Source: Octopus sinensis (lineage: Eukaryota). Taken from it: DNA of 64,000 nt. A program made the position numbers and the translations under genes. Shown piece by piece: positions 39,870 through 53,049 of the stretch; within the stretch, counting starts at the first letter, position 1, and each line of letters starts with the position of its first letter. The stretch covers positions 59,582,001 through 59,646,000 of the forward strand of contig NC_042998.1 of NCBI RefSeq assembly GCF_006345805.1. Reading direction: 5' to 3'. The notes under the pieces are model-generated. The model searched no databases and was not told the origin of the DNA. It was given only the letters and a program-made list of their open reading frames with translations.

Positions 39870-40575
39870 AGAGCAGCATCTTCAGAGTTGGAGAAAATCT
39901 ACTGCGCAACTATTCAGAGAATACAACTCTGTCATGTGACACAAACAAAGTTGGATTCACCTACCGAAACAGAAGTTTTGGGAAGAAGCAGCCATCATAC
40001 CAACAAAACACAGTACATGGGTACATATCCCGTAAGCTAGAGGGCAATAATAGAATTTACATGTAGAGTAGCCTCTCCTGAATCTGTGATAGATAGATTA
40101 CATCCTTACTATAAGGATATGCCTTCACTATCCTGGAACAGGAGATAACTGCCAAATACCTGATCAACAAGAGGAACACAGATACCACCAGATCTCCATA
40201 TTGTGATAATAATTTTGGCTCTGCTATACCAGTGCGAAAAGATATCACCCAAATCATCAACAACTGCCCTAAAATGTCTTCGAGTTATCACCCCTCCTTA
40301 AGGCATGATATTGTCGTAAAAATCTATCTAAAATGCTATCCACAGGAAAGACTGTCCTGACTAATACATCAAAGGCATACCAGCACCAACAAGTACTCAC
40401 ACCTTTAAAAACAAGGAATACTGGTGAAACATCCCAATAAAATCATCAATTCGTTGCAAACATAACGGATCTGATATTGTTCTGTGGGATACAGAACAAA
40501 AGTCTTACACTGTTATAGAGTTCAGCAGCCCAGTGGATGTGAATGTACAGTCAAAAGTCAAGGAAAATTAAAACA
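39870..40575 (+). mobile_element. Decayed RLE-type (R4/NeSL-like) LINE 3' fragment
   Basis: EQEITAKYL, DITQIINNCPKMSSSYHPSLRHDIV, SDIVLWDTEQKSYTVIEFSSPVDVNV. Confidence 0.7.
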
Positions 40576-41200
40576 TTTATGGAAAAAAGTGGAAACGCTT
40601 CCTTGATGATTGCTTCATCTTTTGAGAGAGATAGAATGAAGATCTAAGTATATTTATCAATATACTGAACACATTTCACCCATCAAATTCACGACAGAAT
40701 CTAGTTGCAATGAATTACCTTTCCTGGATATCCACCTAAAAATACAGAGCTACACAGTCACAACAGATATATTTTACAAAATAAGTGACACACACCAGTA
40801 TTTAAATTTCTACTCATCACACATCAAAAGAATCATCCCATGCAGCCTGGAAAGACGCATGTGTGCTATTAGTGACTGACCCCAAAATACGTGAAATCCG
40901 TCTCAACGAACTCAAAGGTCTTTTTCCTATGCAGAAATATCCCTTAGGATTAATTAATGGGGAAATTAAAACGGCGATGAAACTGAAATCACCCATCTAT
41001 GGACACCTAAGGAAAAAGTTAATGAAAACACGATTCCGTTTGTTAACCATACAGTGCTGGAATAACCAACATTTTTCACGCCATAAAACCGAACTTAATT
41101 ATACTCCTACAAAGCGCCTAAGTGTAAAATCTGATTTAAAAAACACTTTACGGAATAGTAGACGTCAATCAAAATATCTTAAAAACCCCTCACAAGGACA
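40576..41200 (+). mobile_element. Penelope-like RT C-terminal fragment
   Basis: KWKRFLDDCFIF, IKFTTESSCNELPFLDI, TDIFYKISDTHQYLNF; homologous to 29560-30290. Confidence 0.85.
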
Positions 41201-41209
41201 TATATAGCT

Positions 41210-41388
<179 letters not shown>

Positions 41389-41421
41389 CTCTTTTACTCT
41401 TTTACTTGTTTCAGCCATCCG
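41389..41421 (-). mobile_element. 33-bp extreme 3' end of the CR1/L2-group LINE
   Basis: Minus strand cggatggctgaaacaagtaaaagagtaaaagag is identical to 55832-55864. Confidence 0.75.
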
Positions 41422-41845
41422 AATTTATTTATTTAAAATTTTTAATTTGTAAATATTATACTAGTATTTTTTCATGTAGAAATACATTTCATCAAAAAGC
41501 TATCTCCAAACTTGAATGTTTGAAAGAAAATGGGAGACAGTACATATTGTATTCTAAGTATAACTCAAAGAGGTGAAAAAGAACGAAAGAGAAGAAAAGG
41601 AGAAAAGAGGAGAATAGAAGACAAGAGAAAAAAAGAAAAAGAAAAGAAACACCCACGAAACAACTGTTTGATATAAATGAACAATCTGTTTGTACATTAA
41701 AAAACATCTGTGTGGTGACAAGTTCGAGAAACGAACGAAAGCGGTATGATAATAATGAAGCAAATAAAAGGATTTTTTTTTCTAAATTCTATCGACTTTT
41801 TTCTCAGTATTCAATTTCTGTACGCCACAATAACACCCACACCCA

Positions 41846-41889
<44 letters not shown>

Positions 41890-41911
41890 CTCTCTCTCTC
41901 TCTCTCTCTCC

Positions 41912-41945
<34 letters not shown>

Positions 41946-42949
41946 CTTTGGAACTGTTTCTCAAAGTATATATGAAGCTATACATAGACACAGTCGAAGA
42001 CAGCTTTCGGCAGTTTCTATGAACGAGGATATTTCAGCCCAATTCTTACATGCTGTTATTTATATATATATTCCCTATGAACCGATTTCCAAAAGGAAAA
42101 GATTATTCAACGTTCTCTGGAAGGTTTAGAAATTCTTAGATCCTAAATTTGCTAGCCACAACATTCGAAAAAGTAAAATGGGCATAGTCGTAGCAACAAA
42201 TAAAATATCAATTCATCTTGAAAGGATATCCAGTAAGATACTTTTTATTACTTTTAGTTTGTTTTTAAAACAAGCAGTAATTGTGAGTATGCATCAAACA
42301 AAAGGAACTGGTTACTTTCATATCATATCATATGATAATACAGAAATGTGGGTATAATTTCCGCGTAATATTACAAATGTTTCTCCGGAATGATAATTGC
42401 AGCTGTGCTATGTGGTCTATGCAATACAATTTAATAAGTGTCGCATTAAGACATTCCTCTCGGAAATAAGACAAGAAGATGTTTAATAATTGCAATTGTG
42501 TCCACGAATTCACCAAATCGTGATAGATCTTAATTACCAACATGTTTTATCATATAATTAAATGAATTGCTTGGGTGTTTTGTGTCTTCTTTTTGCGGGT
42601 CATTTGTTTAACACACGGTGCAGTTAAAACTTTAACCTGTGAAGAAATATACATACTATAATATACATTATTTAGAATTGGCTTGACGAAGGCCTGTCTT
42701 GATTATGCCACGAAGGCATAAGCAATAGTACTCAGCATACTCAGAAGTTATATTCCAAATAAAAGCAATGCATATACCTTTTGGGTATAAACAGCTCTTA
42801 TAAAACACGCAATGCTAATTTGTTACCTTGTCTGAGAAGTGGTAGTCAATAGTTTGGGGAAATCACTCTGAAAATGATGAGCTCCATGTGGATGGTTTTT
42901 AGTTTAAACGTCTGTAGGTTGTTGCCTGTATGACAGACTCTGTTACTAA

Positions 42950-44700
42950 CAGTTATGCAAATGCGAACAAATTATTAATCATTTAGATTTTATCTCAGGC
43001 TTTGCGATTCGAAAAAGATATCTAAACGATAGCTTCTATACTTTTTTCTAGTACACCTCAGAAATAGTAAGACCTGAAAAAAGATTTGATATGCTTCTGC
43101 TTTCGACAAGCAGAGGCTGCCCCATCGGCTGAAGTTTTCATTATCATATTCAGGCGCTATCTCAATTCGCAGTAGCACATGTCTAGTAATTAGAATAATA
43201 CCTGTAAATCGATAGACTTTTGTGCCGTGCAATAGATTCGAAATGTGTGCATTGTATCGTAGTTTCACTATATTGGGCTAATGTAGGAAGCACATACTCC
43301 TTGAGATTTATCGTATGTAGACACTGTTATAAATTTTCTATGTCGATGATTCCTTTTGGAGTGCCAAACTGGAAGAATGTGAGGCAGTTAAAAGAATGAA
43401 AATCTAACCTGTTAACTCCGTGTTTCTCCATACAAAGCAGTGCTCTAATAACCGAAACTGGACATTATGAAAAAATGAGGTGATAATCTAGAAGATTCAG
43501 TGTGTATTGGTTATTAAGATTTTTTAATGAAATGTAGGTCGAGAATGGATAATTTCTAAAATCTATTCACCATTGGAATCAACAACTTGTCTAAAATAAA
43601 GTTACTTGCGTAAAGTAAAACGCATGTATGTTTTCAGATAACATATATGTATATTGAAATGTAGCAAGAATGAGAACACTCGAGCGAACATCCTGTCCAC
43701 TTCCCCTACGCTACACTGTAATATAGCCAACAGCTAGAATAATGTGTACAACATATATAAGAATTTCCAGATATATCAAGAATAGGGAAATGGAGCTGAA
43801 AGTGCTCATTCTTGAGTATACATTTCTTTGAAGAATTTGTCTATAATTTTCGGTAGTACCATAGCGTCATGTAGGATGTGAGACGTCCTATAGATCACTG
43901 CTTTCAATAGGCAAAAATCCACTGAATTGTAAAATTGTTGCGATGGAACATGTGAATAGTTAGACAGAAGAAAACTTCAGAATGGTGAGTATAAAAAGCA
44001 CTAAAGGAGGAATTGACGTAATTGTGAGATGAAGTGTAGCAGGACATTGTACAATATTGATGAAGAAGGAATATTTGCGAATACCTTGTTTAACCTCTCT
44101 TTAAGTTATTGATTAATTTACATCCCACTGGTTATCAGCAGTAGAAATAATATCATAAGGTTCGTTGAGTGTTCTAAGACTAGAATCAATTGTTCTTATC
44201 TGGAACAGATTAGATTAATTCAACGCTGTAAGGTTAATATCACTATTTAAATATATATCTATATTTAGCACTAACAGATTATATAATTGTTAACAGGCAA
44301 TTAACTTTAACTGAGGCGGATCCGCGCATAATTGGCATTTTCATGGTCAAAAACACCTACATTTAATAATTTTAGCAGTGTTTACAGAAATGATAATTTA
44401 TAAGGTATACGTGAGAAATAGCTGAAGGGGAAAATATAAATCGTAAGTGAGCAACAGCATGCAATCGTTTGGTTTTCAATTGCCTATTCAAATTCTTATA
44501 ATTATAATTATAAAAGAAGGAGTTCGACTATTTACGAGTCTTTGAGGGTGAAATAGCTGATAACCTCTGTTAGTAATTATTAAATTAGAAAAGTTTCATC
44601 TATATTTCAGACAGCCATTTTATTTATAATTAACTCTTATTAGCTTGCCAGGTATTGATCTAAATGTAATCGATTTTTCTAAAATTGACAAGACTGCTTA
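42950..44700 (-). mobile_element. Ancient RTE-like LINE RT remnant
   Basis: Minus strand ITFRSIPGKLIRV, VKQGIRKYSFFINI, KLRYNAHISNLLHG resemble RTE motifs ISLLSIPGK, GVKQGC.LSP.LF and LLYG; heavily decayed. Confidence 0.45.
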
Positions 44701-45544
44701 TAGTTTATGCCAAGAGATTTGATCACACACAGAGAGAAATCTAATGTCAGGTTGAAGGTTACATTAAATGTTCGTCAATACTTGAACAGAGCATGTTTTA
44801 CGAGCGAACATAATGAAGGGGATTTTATATAACAGAGAAGTAGAAATGACACAAATGATTGATTATGCTTGTTACTTAACCCTAAATAGTCACCCTCATT
44901 CACTGGACATATGTTAAATGGTATTGCAGCTATGAGCAACGTGTCTTTTGGAGTTATGTAGAATAATGTTATTTGAAGTTACCTTTCATTTTCCAACTAC
45001 AACTAGTGCCAATTTAGCTTGTATTTCAAGCAATTCAAGCGGTCAAATTAAGTTCGCTCTCTACCTGGAAATATATTGCAGCATTCTAAGACTGTATAAC
45101 TGGAGCTAAGTTCATATCACACGGATTTTATCTTTCTATATCGATCAAATAAGTAACCCCTACAGCTGGATAATTTGGAAAATTTAGATCTACTCGGATC
45201 ATTCTTTCACTAATTTCTATATGGGTTAACATCATGCCATTGTTCCCCCTTCACCTACAACCACAAAGACACAAATTGCATCTTCATTCTTGAATCTTCC
45301 CAAACCACAGGTATTAAAGAATGTCCCGAATACTCCTAGTTCACCTAATTCACATTGAACATACCTCTAAGTTTTTCTTGAACATTTTGAAGAAGCATGA
45401 ACGAATGACTTCACTTCATTTTAGCTATGTAGGTTTGTATAATGTAGCTTTTCATACTCATATGTGTGTTCGCCTGTTCATATTATGTAGGCATGTGTGT
45501 CTTCTATCTTTTTATCTTTTATCTTTTATCTTTTTATCTTTTAT

Positions 45545-45760
45545 TTGTTTCAGTCTCTAGATTGCGGCCATCCTGGAAGCACGGCCTTGAATCAATTTTA
45601 GTCGAATGAAACGACTCCAGCATCTATGATTTTGTTAAGCCTAGTACATATTCTGTCAGTGTCTTTTGCCGAGCCGCTAGGTTACGGGGCTGGAAAACAC
45701 ACCAACACCGGCCAAGGGGTACTGGGGGAGAATCACAGATACAAAGACACACACACATTG

Positions 45761-45822
<62 letters not shown>

Positions 45823-46050
45823 ATATATACATACATATATATATACTTATATTCCTTTATTCTTGTACTTGCTTGTCATTTGACTGAGACTATGCTGGAG
45901 CACCGCCTTTAGTCGAAAGAATCGACCCCAGGATTTATTCCTTGTAAGCCTAGTACTTATTCTATCTGTCTCTTTTGTCGAACCGCTATGTTACGGGGAC
46001 GTAAACGCACCAACATCGGTGTCAAGCGATAGTGGGGCGCAAACACAAAC
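45545..46050 (-). mobile_element. Two SINE S1 3' halves (45545-45760 older; 45870-46050)
   Basis: gtcatttgactg...gctggagcaccgcctt...gacccca...gtacttattctatc...gaaccgcta.gttacgggg. Confidence 0.85.
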
Positions 46051-46237
46051 ACGTAGATAAATACATGATGGCTGGCCCCTCGTTATCGAGTATGGCCATT
46101 GCACGAAGCTTAACTTATTGGTGCTGTGATCGAATGGGACTTTTTAGTCCAGCTAAAGATCTACAATGTCTTGTACAGAATTGGCAGCTAAAACCTTTAC
46201 CGGAGACATAGAAATAATCGGATTGAATAAATGAAGT

Positions 46238-46304
46238 AGAAAACTTACGCAATCCTTAGTAGAAGAGTTGTGGACTGTTCTGCTAAGGATTGCGTAAGTT
46301 TTCT
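46238..46304. other. Fold-back hairpin, 27-bp arms (26/27), 13-nt loop, at the break of the PLE RT
   Basis: agaaaacttacgcaatccttagtagaa / ttctgctaaggattgcgtaagttttct. Confidence 0.9.
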
Positions 46305-47970
46305 GTCCCAGCAGGTCATGAAGATGCCGGCCACATCTCCAGCTATACCGACACCAATGGCTTCACCTTGAACTTACATGTATAGTTTCTCGTTACTTTA
46401 TTCTGTGGTTCTTCAAGGTGGTTCTTACACTAGACACTATTGCATGTGCAATAATACCTTTCACCTGATTGTTGTTCTCAGGGTCTTGGGTGGGTACGGT
46501 CCATCTACTCCAGCACTCTGCGGTGCTTTTCTTAACTGCTGAAGTGATAGTGGGTGGTTTTCCACTCTGTAACCCGGTGGGGCTGAGTCTTCTGAGGTCA
46601 TGGTCGTCTAAGTAGTCACTGTCGGAGGAGGCTCATTTCCCTCGTGTTGACTTCTCCACAGCAAGATCTATGTCTATCGATGGGTAGAGTGAAATCATAT
46701 CCATACCATCCACTACAGAACCTGTGCAGCCGTTGAAGTGATAGCAAGCACTGATTTTACTGAGATCTTCCGTGCTCACACAGACATTTCTATGTGAGTC
46801 GTAATACCTATGAGAGGAAGTAGGACAGCCTATAATTGCTAGAGATATTCGCTCCGCAATTTGCTCTGGTTGGGGGCCCCATGACAAGATTTCTGTACTA
46901 TTTGTGGTTTTTGAGTAACCTGTATAGTGTAAGATCATCATTGTTAAATGCTCGGAAATTATGTGCAGTCCGTTTCTTAAGTTGGATTATGTTGCACCAC
47001 ATAATGTATGGTTGGAGGCCTCATGACAAGGTTTATGTAGTGTTTGTGGTCTTTGCATAATCCGTTTAGTGTAAGAGCATCATTGTTAAATGTTCGAAAA
47101 TTGTGTGCAGTCCATTTCTTAGGTTGAATTATGTTGCACCATATTCTCATATGTGCATTGAGGAGTTTTTCCACTCATTCATATTCCTGTGGTGCAACAT
47201 CTCTCATGCTACTGATGTGTTGCTGCATGGTCTGAACATAGTTCTGTGGTCTGACTACTGATAGTATGCCAGACTTGCCCGTAGGAAGGCACACTAATAC
47301 CCTGTTCCTAATTCGCTGTTTCAGTTTTTGTAGACCTTTGGCAACAGATGAACTGAGTTGGTGGGTCCCTTTCTCATAATGTTTTTTAGTGAATTAATTG
47401 AACCGATCGAAGATGTGTTGGACTCTATTTCTAGCTAAGATCTTTGCTTCTGTTTCACTGTCAATTTGGGGTGGGATACATACCCTTTTGTTGAATGGTA
47501 AGTCTGTGGGTTATAAAGACAGAGCGTAGAGTGTTATTATCGTTGTGGTTGTTGTTGTTATAGTTGCTGGCATTGTTGTTGCTATTGGCGGTGGTGATGG
47601 TGGTGGTGGTGGTGGTAGTGCTTGTGTTGTGCTCATTGTTGTTGTTGTTATTGTTGTTGTTGGTGTTGGTGTGGATCTGGGTGGTGTTGTTGTTGGTAGT
47701 GATGTGGATGATGTGGTTAGTATTATTGTCCGTGTGGGGGATGTTGTTGTCATTCTTGCTGTTGATGTTATCATCGCTATTGTAGTTGTTATTATAATAG
47801 TTGTTTCGGTTTCGTGTGCTTGTACTGTTGTTGCTATAGTTGTTTGAGTGGGGATGGTGTGATCATCATTGTTGTTATTGTTATTGACCCTATTGTTATT
47901 GTTGTATTTTGGTTTCGTATGTTTGTGTAGTTGTTGTTGTATTGTCCTAACCTCCCTCTTAATTTTAAGA
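46278..47970 (-). mobile_element. Penelope-like RT 5' region of a second, divergent PLE lineage with low-complexity N-terminus and 142-bp internal duplication
   Basis: TDLPFNKRVCIP, GLQKLKQRI...LPTGKSG, LNAHMRIW, LNGLCKDHK, MDMISLYPSID, QGEAIGVGIAGDVAGIFMTCWD; duplicate blocks at 46881 and 47023. Confidence 0.75.
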
Positions 47971-48656
47971 ACGTTGTTTCAATTTCAGATAGATAATCAA
48001 CTTATCTGACCTTTATATATTTCACAAAATAGTTAGTGGGTTGTTATGTAGACAGATGTATGCATGTGTGTGTGTATGTGTATACGTATATGCATATGTA
48101 TATAGGCATATGGAACTGAAAATAAACGGATAGACATACAAATGGATAGGTAGTTAGGTTATATGAACAGACAAGCACACATACATACATATACACGAAT
48201 GAAGACTGAAACACATGACCATAGACACACACTTCATTTCACACAAGTTCACATACGGAGACACACGTCCACACCTATGGAGATACGCATCCATACATAC
48301 AGACACAGTACATAATCACAAAAATCTAATTACACCAACACACACAGGCACACTCAGACATGCACACACAAGGAGGTACACACACACATAGAAACACAGA
48401 AACACATGAAGTTACCCAATACATACAAACGTACACACATTCATATATACAAACGCACAAAACTCACATATATACATGCTTACACACACTTCCATCCATG
48501 CATATATACATACATGTTTATACGAACACACACTGACCCACACACATGCGCACAAACAAATAAAAAGAACGCAGCTTGAATAACGGACAGAGTCAGCAAC
48601 TATTGAAAATTTTACCGGTGTGTGTGTTAAATTATATATATATATATAATATATAT

Positions 48657-48699
<43 letters not shown>

Positions 48700-48900
48700 T
48701 ATATATATTGTTCAACCCAAGGAAAAAACAACAATATAGAAGGGAAAAAATCCGAACTTAAAATGGTATAATTTCTATTTCTAAATATCAAAGGAAATAC
48801 AGAAATACAATTGACATACTATAAATTTATTAACATTATAATATAATAGAATTACACTATAAAAACATATAATATAATATAACAAGTGATTAAAACAAAT

Positions 48901-48989
48901 ATATATCCTACAATTTGTTTCGATTAATATCCACTTGTGAATTTATAAAGAAATTCACATTTATGCATATGAATCTCGTCAGGGTATAT
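48901..48989 (-). ncRNA. Type I hammerhead motif (family E) with intact core and long stem II
   Basis: Minus strand ATATACC-CTGACGA-GATT...AATC-GAAA-C AAATT G-TA-GGATATAT; stem II opens with G-C and holds a 9-bp TGTGAATTT/AAATTCACA hairpin. Confidence 0.75.
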
Positions 48990-50604
48990 TTCTATAAGAA
49001 GTAGACAAAAATTTAATGCAAGGTCTGCTAAGTCATAAAATAGACTGATTTAAAACATACCTATGTTTACAAGCATGAGCGGTAATAATTTTAATATATA
49101 ATAAATATAATAAAAATAAAATTAAATTAAATAGATAAAGTAAATTAAATAAACAAAACGATTGCAATAGTCATAAAATGTTCTGTTTAGATTAATAATA
49201 TTAATCTAAAGATGTTTTTGTGTCAAATATTCACTGGTCAGTTTTATTACATAAAATCTATATAATAAAATCTATACCATATGTTAAAAAATTATGATGG
49301 AGTAAAAATATATTGAAAATAAATTTCTATATATTATAATGAAAACATAAATAAGGATATATTTCATTAACACACGAAATTCCTTAAGGAAAACTTTTAA
49401 TCAACGATTCATTAATTCAAAATTTTATACTGAATACGCCGGTGTTTAACAAATACATAAAGTTACGATTATTATAAAATCTACTATTTCTTATATAAAA
49501 ATGATAATAATACATAAATAAATTGTGAATTTTATTTAATTTTACAGAAGAAATTAATCATAGTAGGCCAATAGTTTTATTTTTCTGTAATTTTTATGTG
49601 CATATAAGATCGAAAGAATATAATATGGTGACATATGCTAAACATTATAGGGTCTACAGGAAATATTGATTTATGCATAATTATTCAAAAAGATATATAG
49701 TTATGTTTAAGAATGATTTCAATCTATTTATGCGTACTAATATAAACATCATTCTCAGTCATTCACAAGTGAAAAACACAAATTTACTTAGTTTATCAGG
49801 AGAGAATAACTGCTGGAAATCAAGATTTATAAATTTATACATGCATTGCTTACGGAAAAATAACCGGAAACACGTACTTACAATCGAAATGTTTTTAATC
49901 ACGATATGCTCTTCTATAAAATTATATGTACATATACTATTATTATTAAATTTGAAATATTTATACCTATAAAATTCACTGTTTGTGTGTGTGTGTTTGT
50001 ATTTCCTCTATGTACGGCGAAACCGCTAGCTTAGTCTGTACCAAATTTGGCAGGAACAATTTTTAATTTCTTGGGGAAGGTTCTAGAGGGTCAGATTTTG
50101 GCCCTTGCCCATATAAAGGGTCGTAAACCCCTCCCTACACGATCCTTCTGATTTTTTTCGGCGGTACAATAATGTTTGTTTAAATTTTATTTATTCTTTC
50201 GCCTTTGATAAGACTATAATATTGTTTCACTTCTATTCATTCACTTTTAATTCTAATGTAATAACACTAAGATAATCTTATTTATATTGTATTTGAAATA
50301 AATGAATTATTTATACACTAATATGAACAACAATACACATCGGCAACTTTCCGTCTTTACGGCCACGCCAGGGGAATGGTGTGGCAGTTTATGGTTGTTG
50401 GCTGGCATAACGAACGGCTGGAGGTGAAACTCCTGACAAAAAACGATGAGGTAACAGGTCCAAGGTATATAATAAGGCACATTTACCATTCAGTTACGAG
50501 TTAATTATCGCAGCAATTGCAAGGTTGCCTATTTGGTTAATTTGCTTATATTTGGTTAATTTATAGTGCATACAAAAATAAAGACATACTACATAGATAC
50601 AACT

Positions 50605-51006
50605 CTCTTTACTCTTTACTCTTTTACTTGTTTCAGTCATTTGACTGCGGCCATGCTGGAGCACCGCCTTTAATCTAGCAACTCGACCCCGGGACTTATT
50701 CTTTTGTAAGCCCAGTACTTATTCAATCGGTCACTTTGGCCGAACCGCTAAGTAACGGGGACATAAGCACACCAGCATCGGTTGTCAAGCAATGCTAGGG
50801 GGACAAACACAGACACACAAACACACACACGCACATATATATATACATATATACGACGGGATTCTTTCAGTTTCCGTCTACCAAATCCACTCACAAGGCT
50901 TTGGTCGGCCCGAGGCTATAGTAGAAGACACTTACCCGAGGTGCCACGCAGTGGGACTGAACCCGGAACCATGTGGTTGGTAAACAAGCTACTTACCACA
51001 CAACCA
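50605..51006 (-). mobile_element. Near full-length SINE family S1
   Basis: Reverse complement of 60958-61378 organisation. Confidence 0.9.
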
Positions 51007-52179
51007 AGATTAATGTATAAGTTTTTCTATGTTCATAATATTTTGTTTACAATATTAAATGATGCCTCCAAAGAAAAGATATGATATCTCCAGAAACAAC
51101 ATTAAAGCAAGGAGAATTGTAGAAAACCGCAGGCGAGGGTCTCAAGAAGGAAAGGAGATAAGACTTTCTCAAGATCATCAAACGCAAGCTACAGCACATC
51201 CAATGCAGTCTCAAGAGAGAAGGGAGATGAGACTTTCACAAAATCAGCAAACGCATGCTGCAGCACGTTATAGGCAGTCTCAAGAGAGAAGGAAGATGAG
51301 ACTTTCTCAAGATCAACAAGTACATGCAGCAGCACCTCAAATGGTGTCTCAAGTGAGAAGGGAGATGAGACTTTCTCACGATCAGCAAACATATGCTACA
51401 GCCCATCAAATAGTCTCAAGAGAGATGGGCGATTAGACTTTCACAAGATTAATAAACGCATGCTGTAACACATAAAATTGGGTTTCAAGACAGAACCGAG
51501 GTGAAACTTTCTCAACATCATCAAACGCATGCTGCAGCACATTAGATGAAGTCTTAATACAGAAGGGAGATGAGACTTTCCTAAACTTTCCAAATGAAAC
51601 TAATGGCATGCGCTGCTCAGGTGGTAAAGTAAGATTGCCAGCATATCTAGCTCCTCCTCAACCTCTTGTGGATCTTCTAGAAGGCACTTTCATCAAGTCA
51701 AATGATTTTCTGAACAATATCAGACAATACAACTCTGCATTTCGAATGACATCGTTTGGTACATCTAAGGAGATAGTTGAACATGAATTTATGCTAACGC
51801 TCAAAGTTCAAGGGCAAGTATATCATATCATTGCTTCTCTGTTACCCACAAATGAACAACTATACTTCCTCCAAATTTACTTCGTGAGTGATGTAGGACA
51901 ACAAACACGAAAGAGGTATTAAAACCTCAGATGATGGGTCATGTTAGACGCAGCGCCGACTTCCGCAAAGAGAGTACATCAGCTGACAGATTTTGGGTGC
52001 GTTCAAAAATAACATAGCCCCTATCCCCAATTCCCATGATAGAGTAGGGCCTGGAGTACTCTGGACAGCGGCATGACATGTCGCTTAGTCGAATTAGCCC
52101 ATCAATTATTCCGCAAAAGTTTTGTTTTCAATACTTTCCCCGTATCGACTGTTTCAACATAACTCAAATATATACATAA

Positions 52180-52452
52180 ACTGAAAGAAGCACGTCGTAT
52201 ATATGTATATATATATATGTGTGTGTGTATGTTTGTGTGTCTGTGTTTGTCCCCCTAGCATTGCTTGACAACCGATGGTGGTGTGTTTACGTCGCCGTCA
52301 CCTAGTGGTTCGGCAAAAGCAACCGATAGGATAAGTACTGGTCTTACAAAGAATAAGTCCTGGGGTCGATTTGCTCGACTAAAGGCGGTGCTCCAGCATG
52401 GCCGCAGTCAAATGACTGAAACAAGTAAAAGAGTAAAGGAGTAAAAGAGTAA
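52180..52452 (+). mobile_element. SINE family S1, 3' two thirds
   Basis: aactgaaagaagcacgtcg...gcagtcaaatgactgaaacaagtaaaagag. Confidence 0.9.
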
Positions 52453-52941
52453 ACTATGCCATTTTAATCCTGGGCAACGCCGAGTATTTCTGCTAGTATA
52501 CTTATAATCATTTTATATAAAGATGAGAGCATACTTAAAACTTATATTTGACATTTAATTACGAATGTACATAGTTTGCAGTGAAGACAAATATATTATG
52601 GAGGTTAATACTAAATTTATTTATTAATCCACTGAAATATTATAAATATCCTCATTAATGGACTAACTTCAATTTACAAAGCATTCAACATTAATAACAA
52701 GTCATTCACCATTAATAAAATAATTTGGCTTCATATGCAATTACGTTAACGACTGTTGTCACATTAAAAAGTTGGAATAAATACCACAAATAAAACCATT
52801 TGTTCACGTCATCGCCTATAGCTACAAAATTTTACCACTGCCTTATACATTTATTAATATTTTAGTTTTTAAAGAAATTACTATCACCTTATTCATTCAT
52901 TTATTTATTCATTTTTTCAACATGTATACAAATTCAAATAT

Positions 52942-53048
<107 letters not shown>

Positions 53049-53049
53049 C

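Larger units (their letters stand above)
49965..52496 (+). mobile_element. Internally deleted Helitron with two nested SINEs
   Basis: 5' tataaaattcactg...accaaatttggc; repeat-rich N-terminus 51059-51436; Rep N-terminal fragment CSGGKVRLP...NIRQYNSAFRMTSFG...KVQGQVYHIIASLLP...FLQIYF (51608-51922); 3' hairpin gggcaacgccgag then CTAG-T. Confidence 0.85.

Noticed and set aside
47175-47177. In-frame TGA in the divergent PLE as possible selenocysteine
   Set aside because: Element has other stops and frameshifts, CGA>TGA decay is simpler, and I see no SECIS.
51150-51580. Regularly spaced repeats as a CRISPR-like array
   Set aside because: In-frame coding repeats of the Helitron N-terminus without unique spacers; eukaryotic context.
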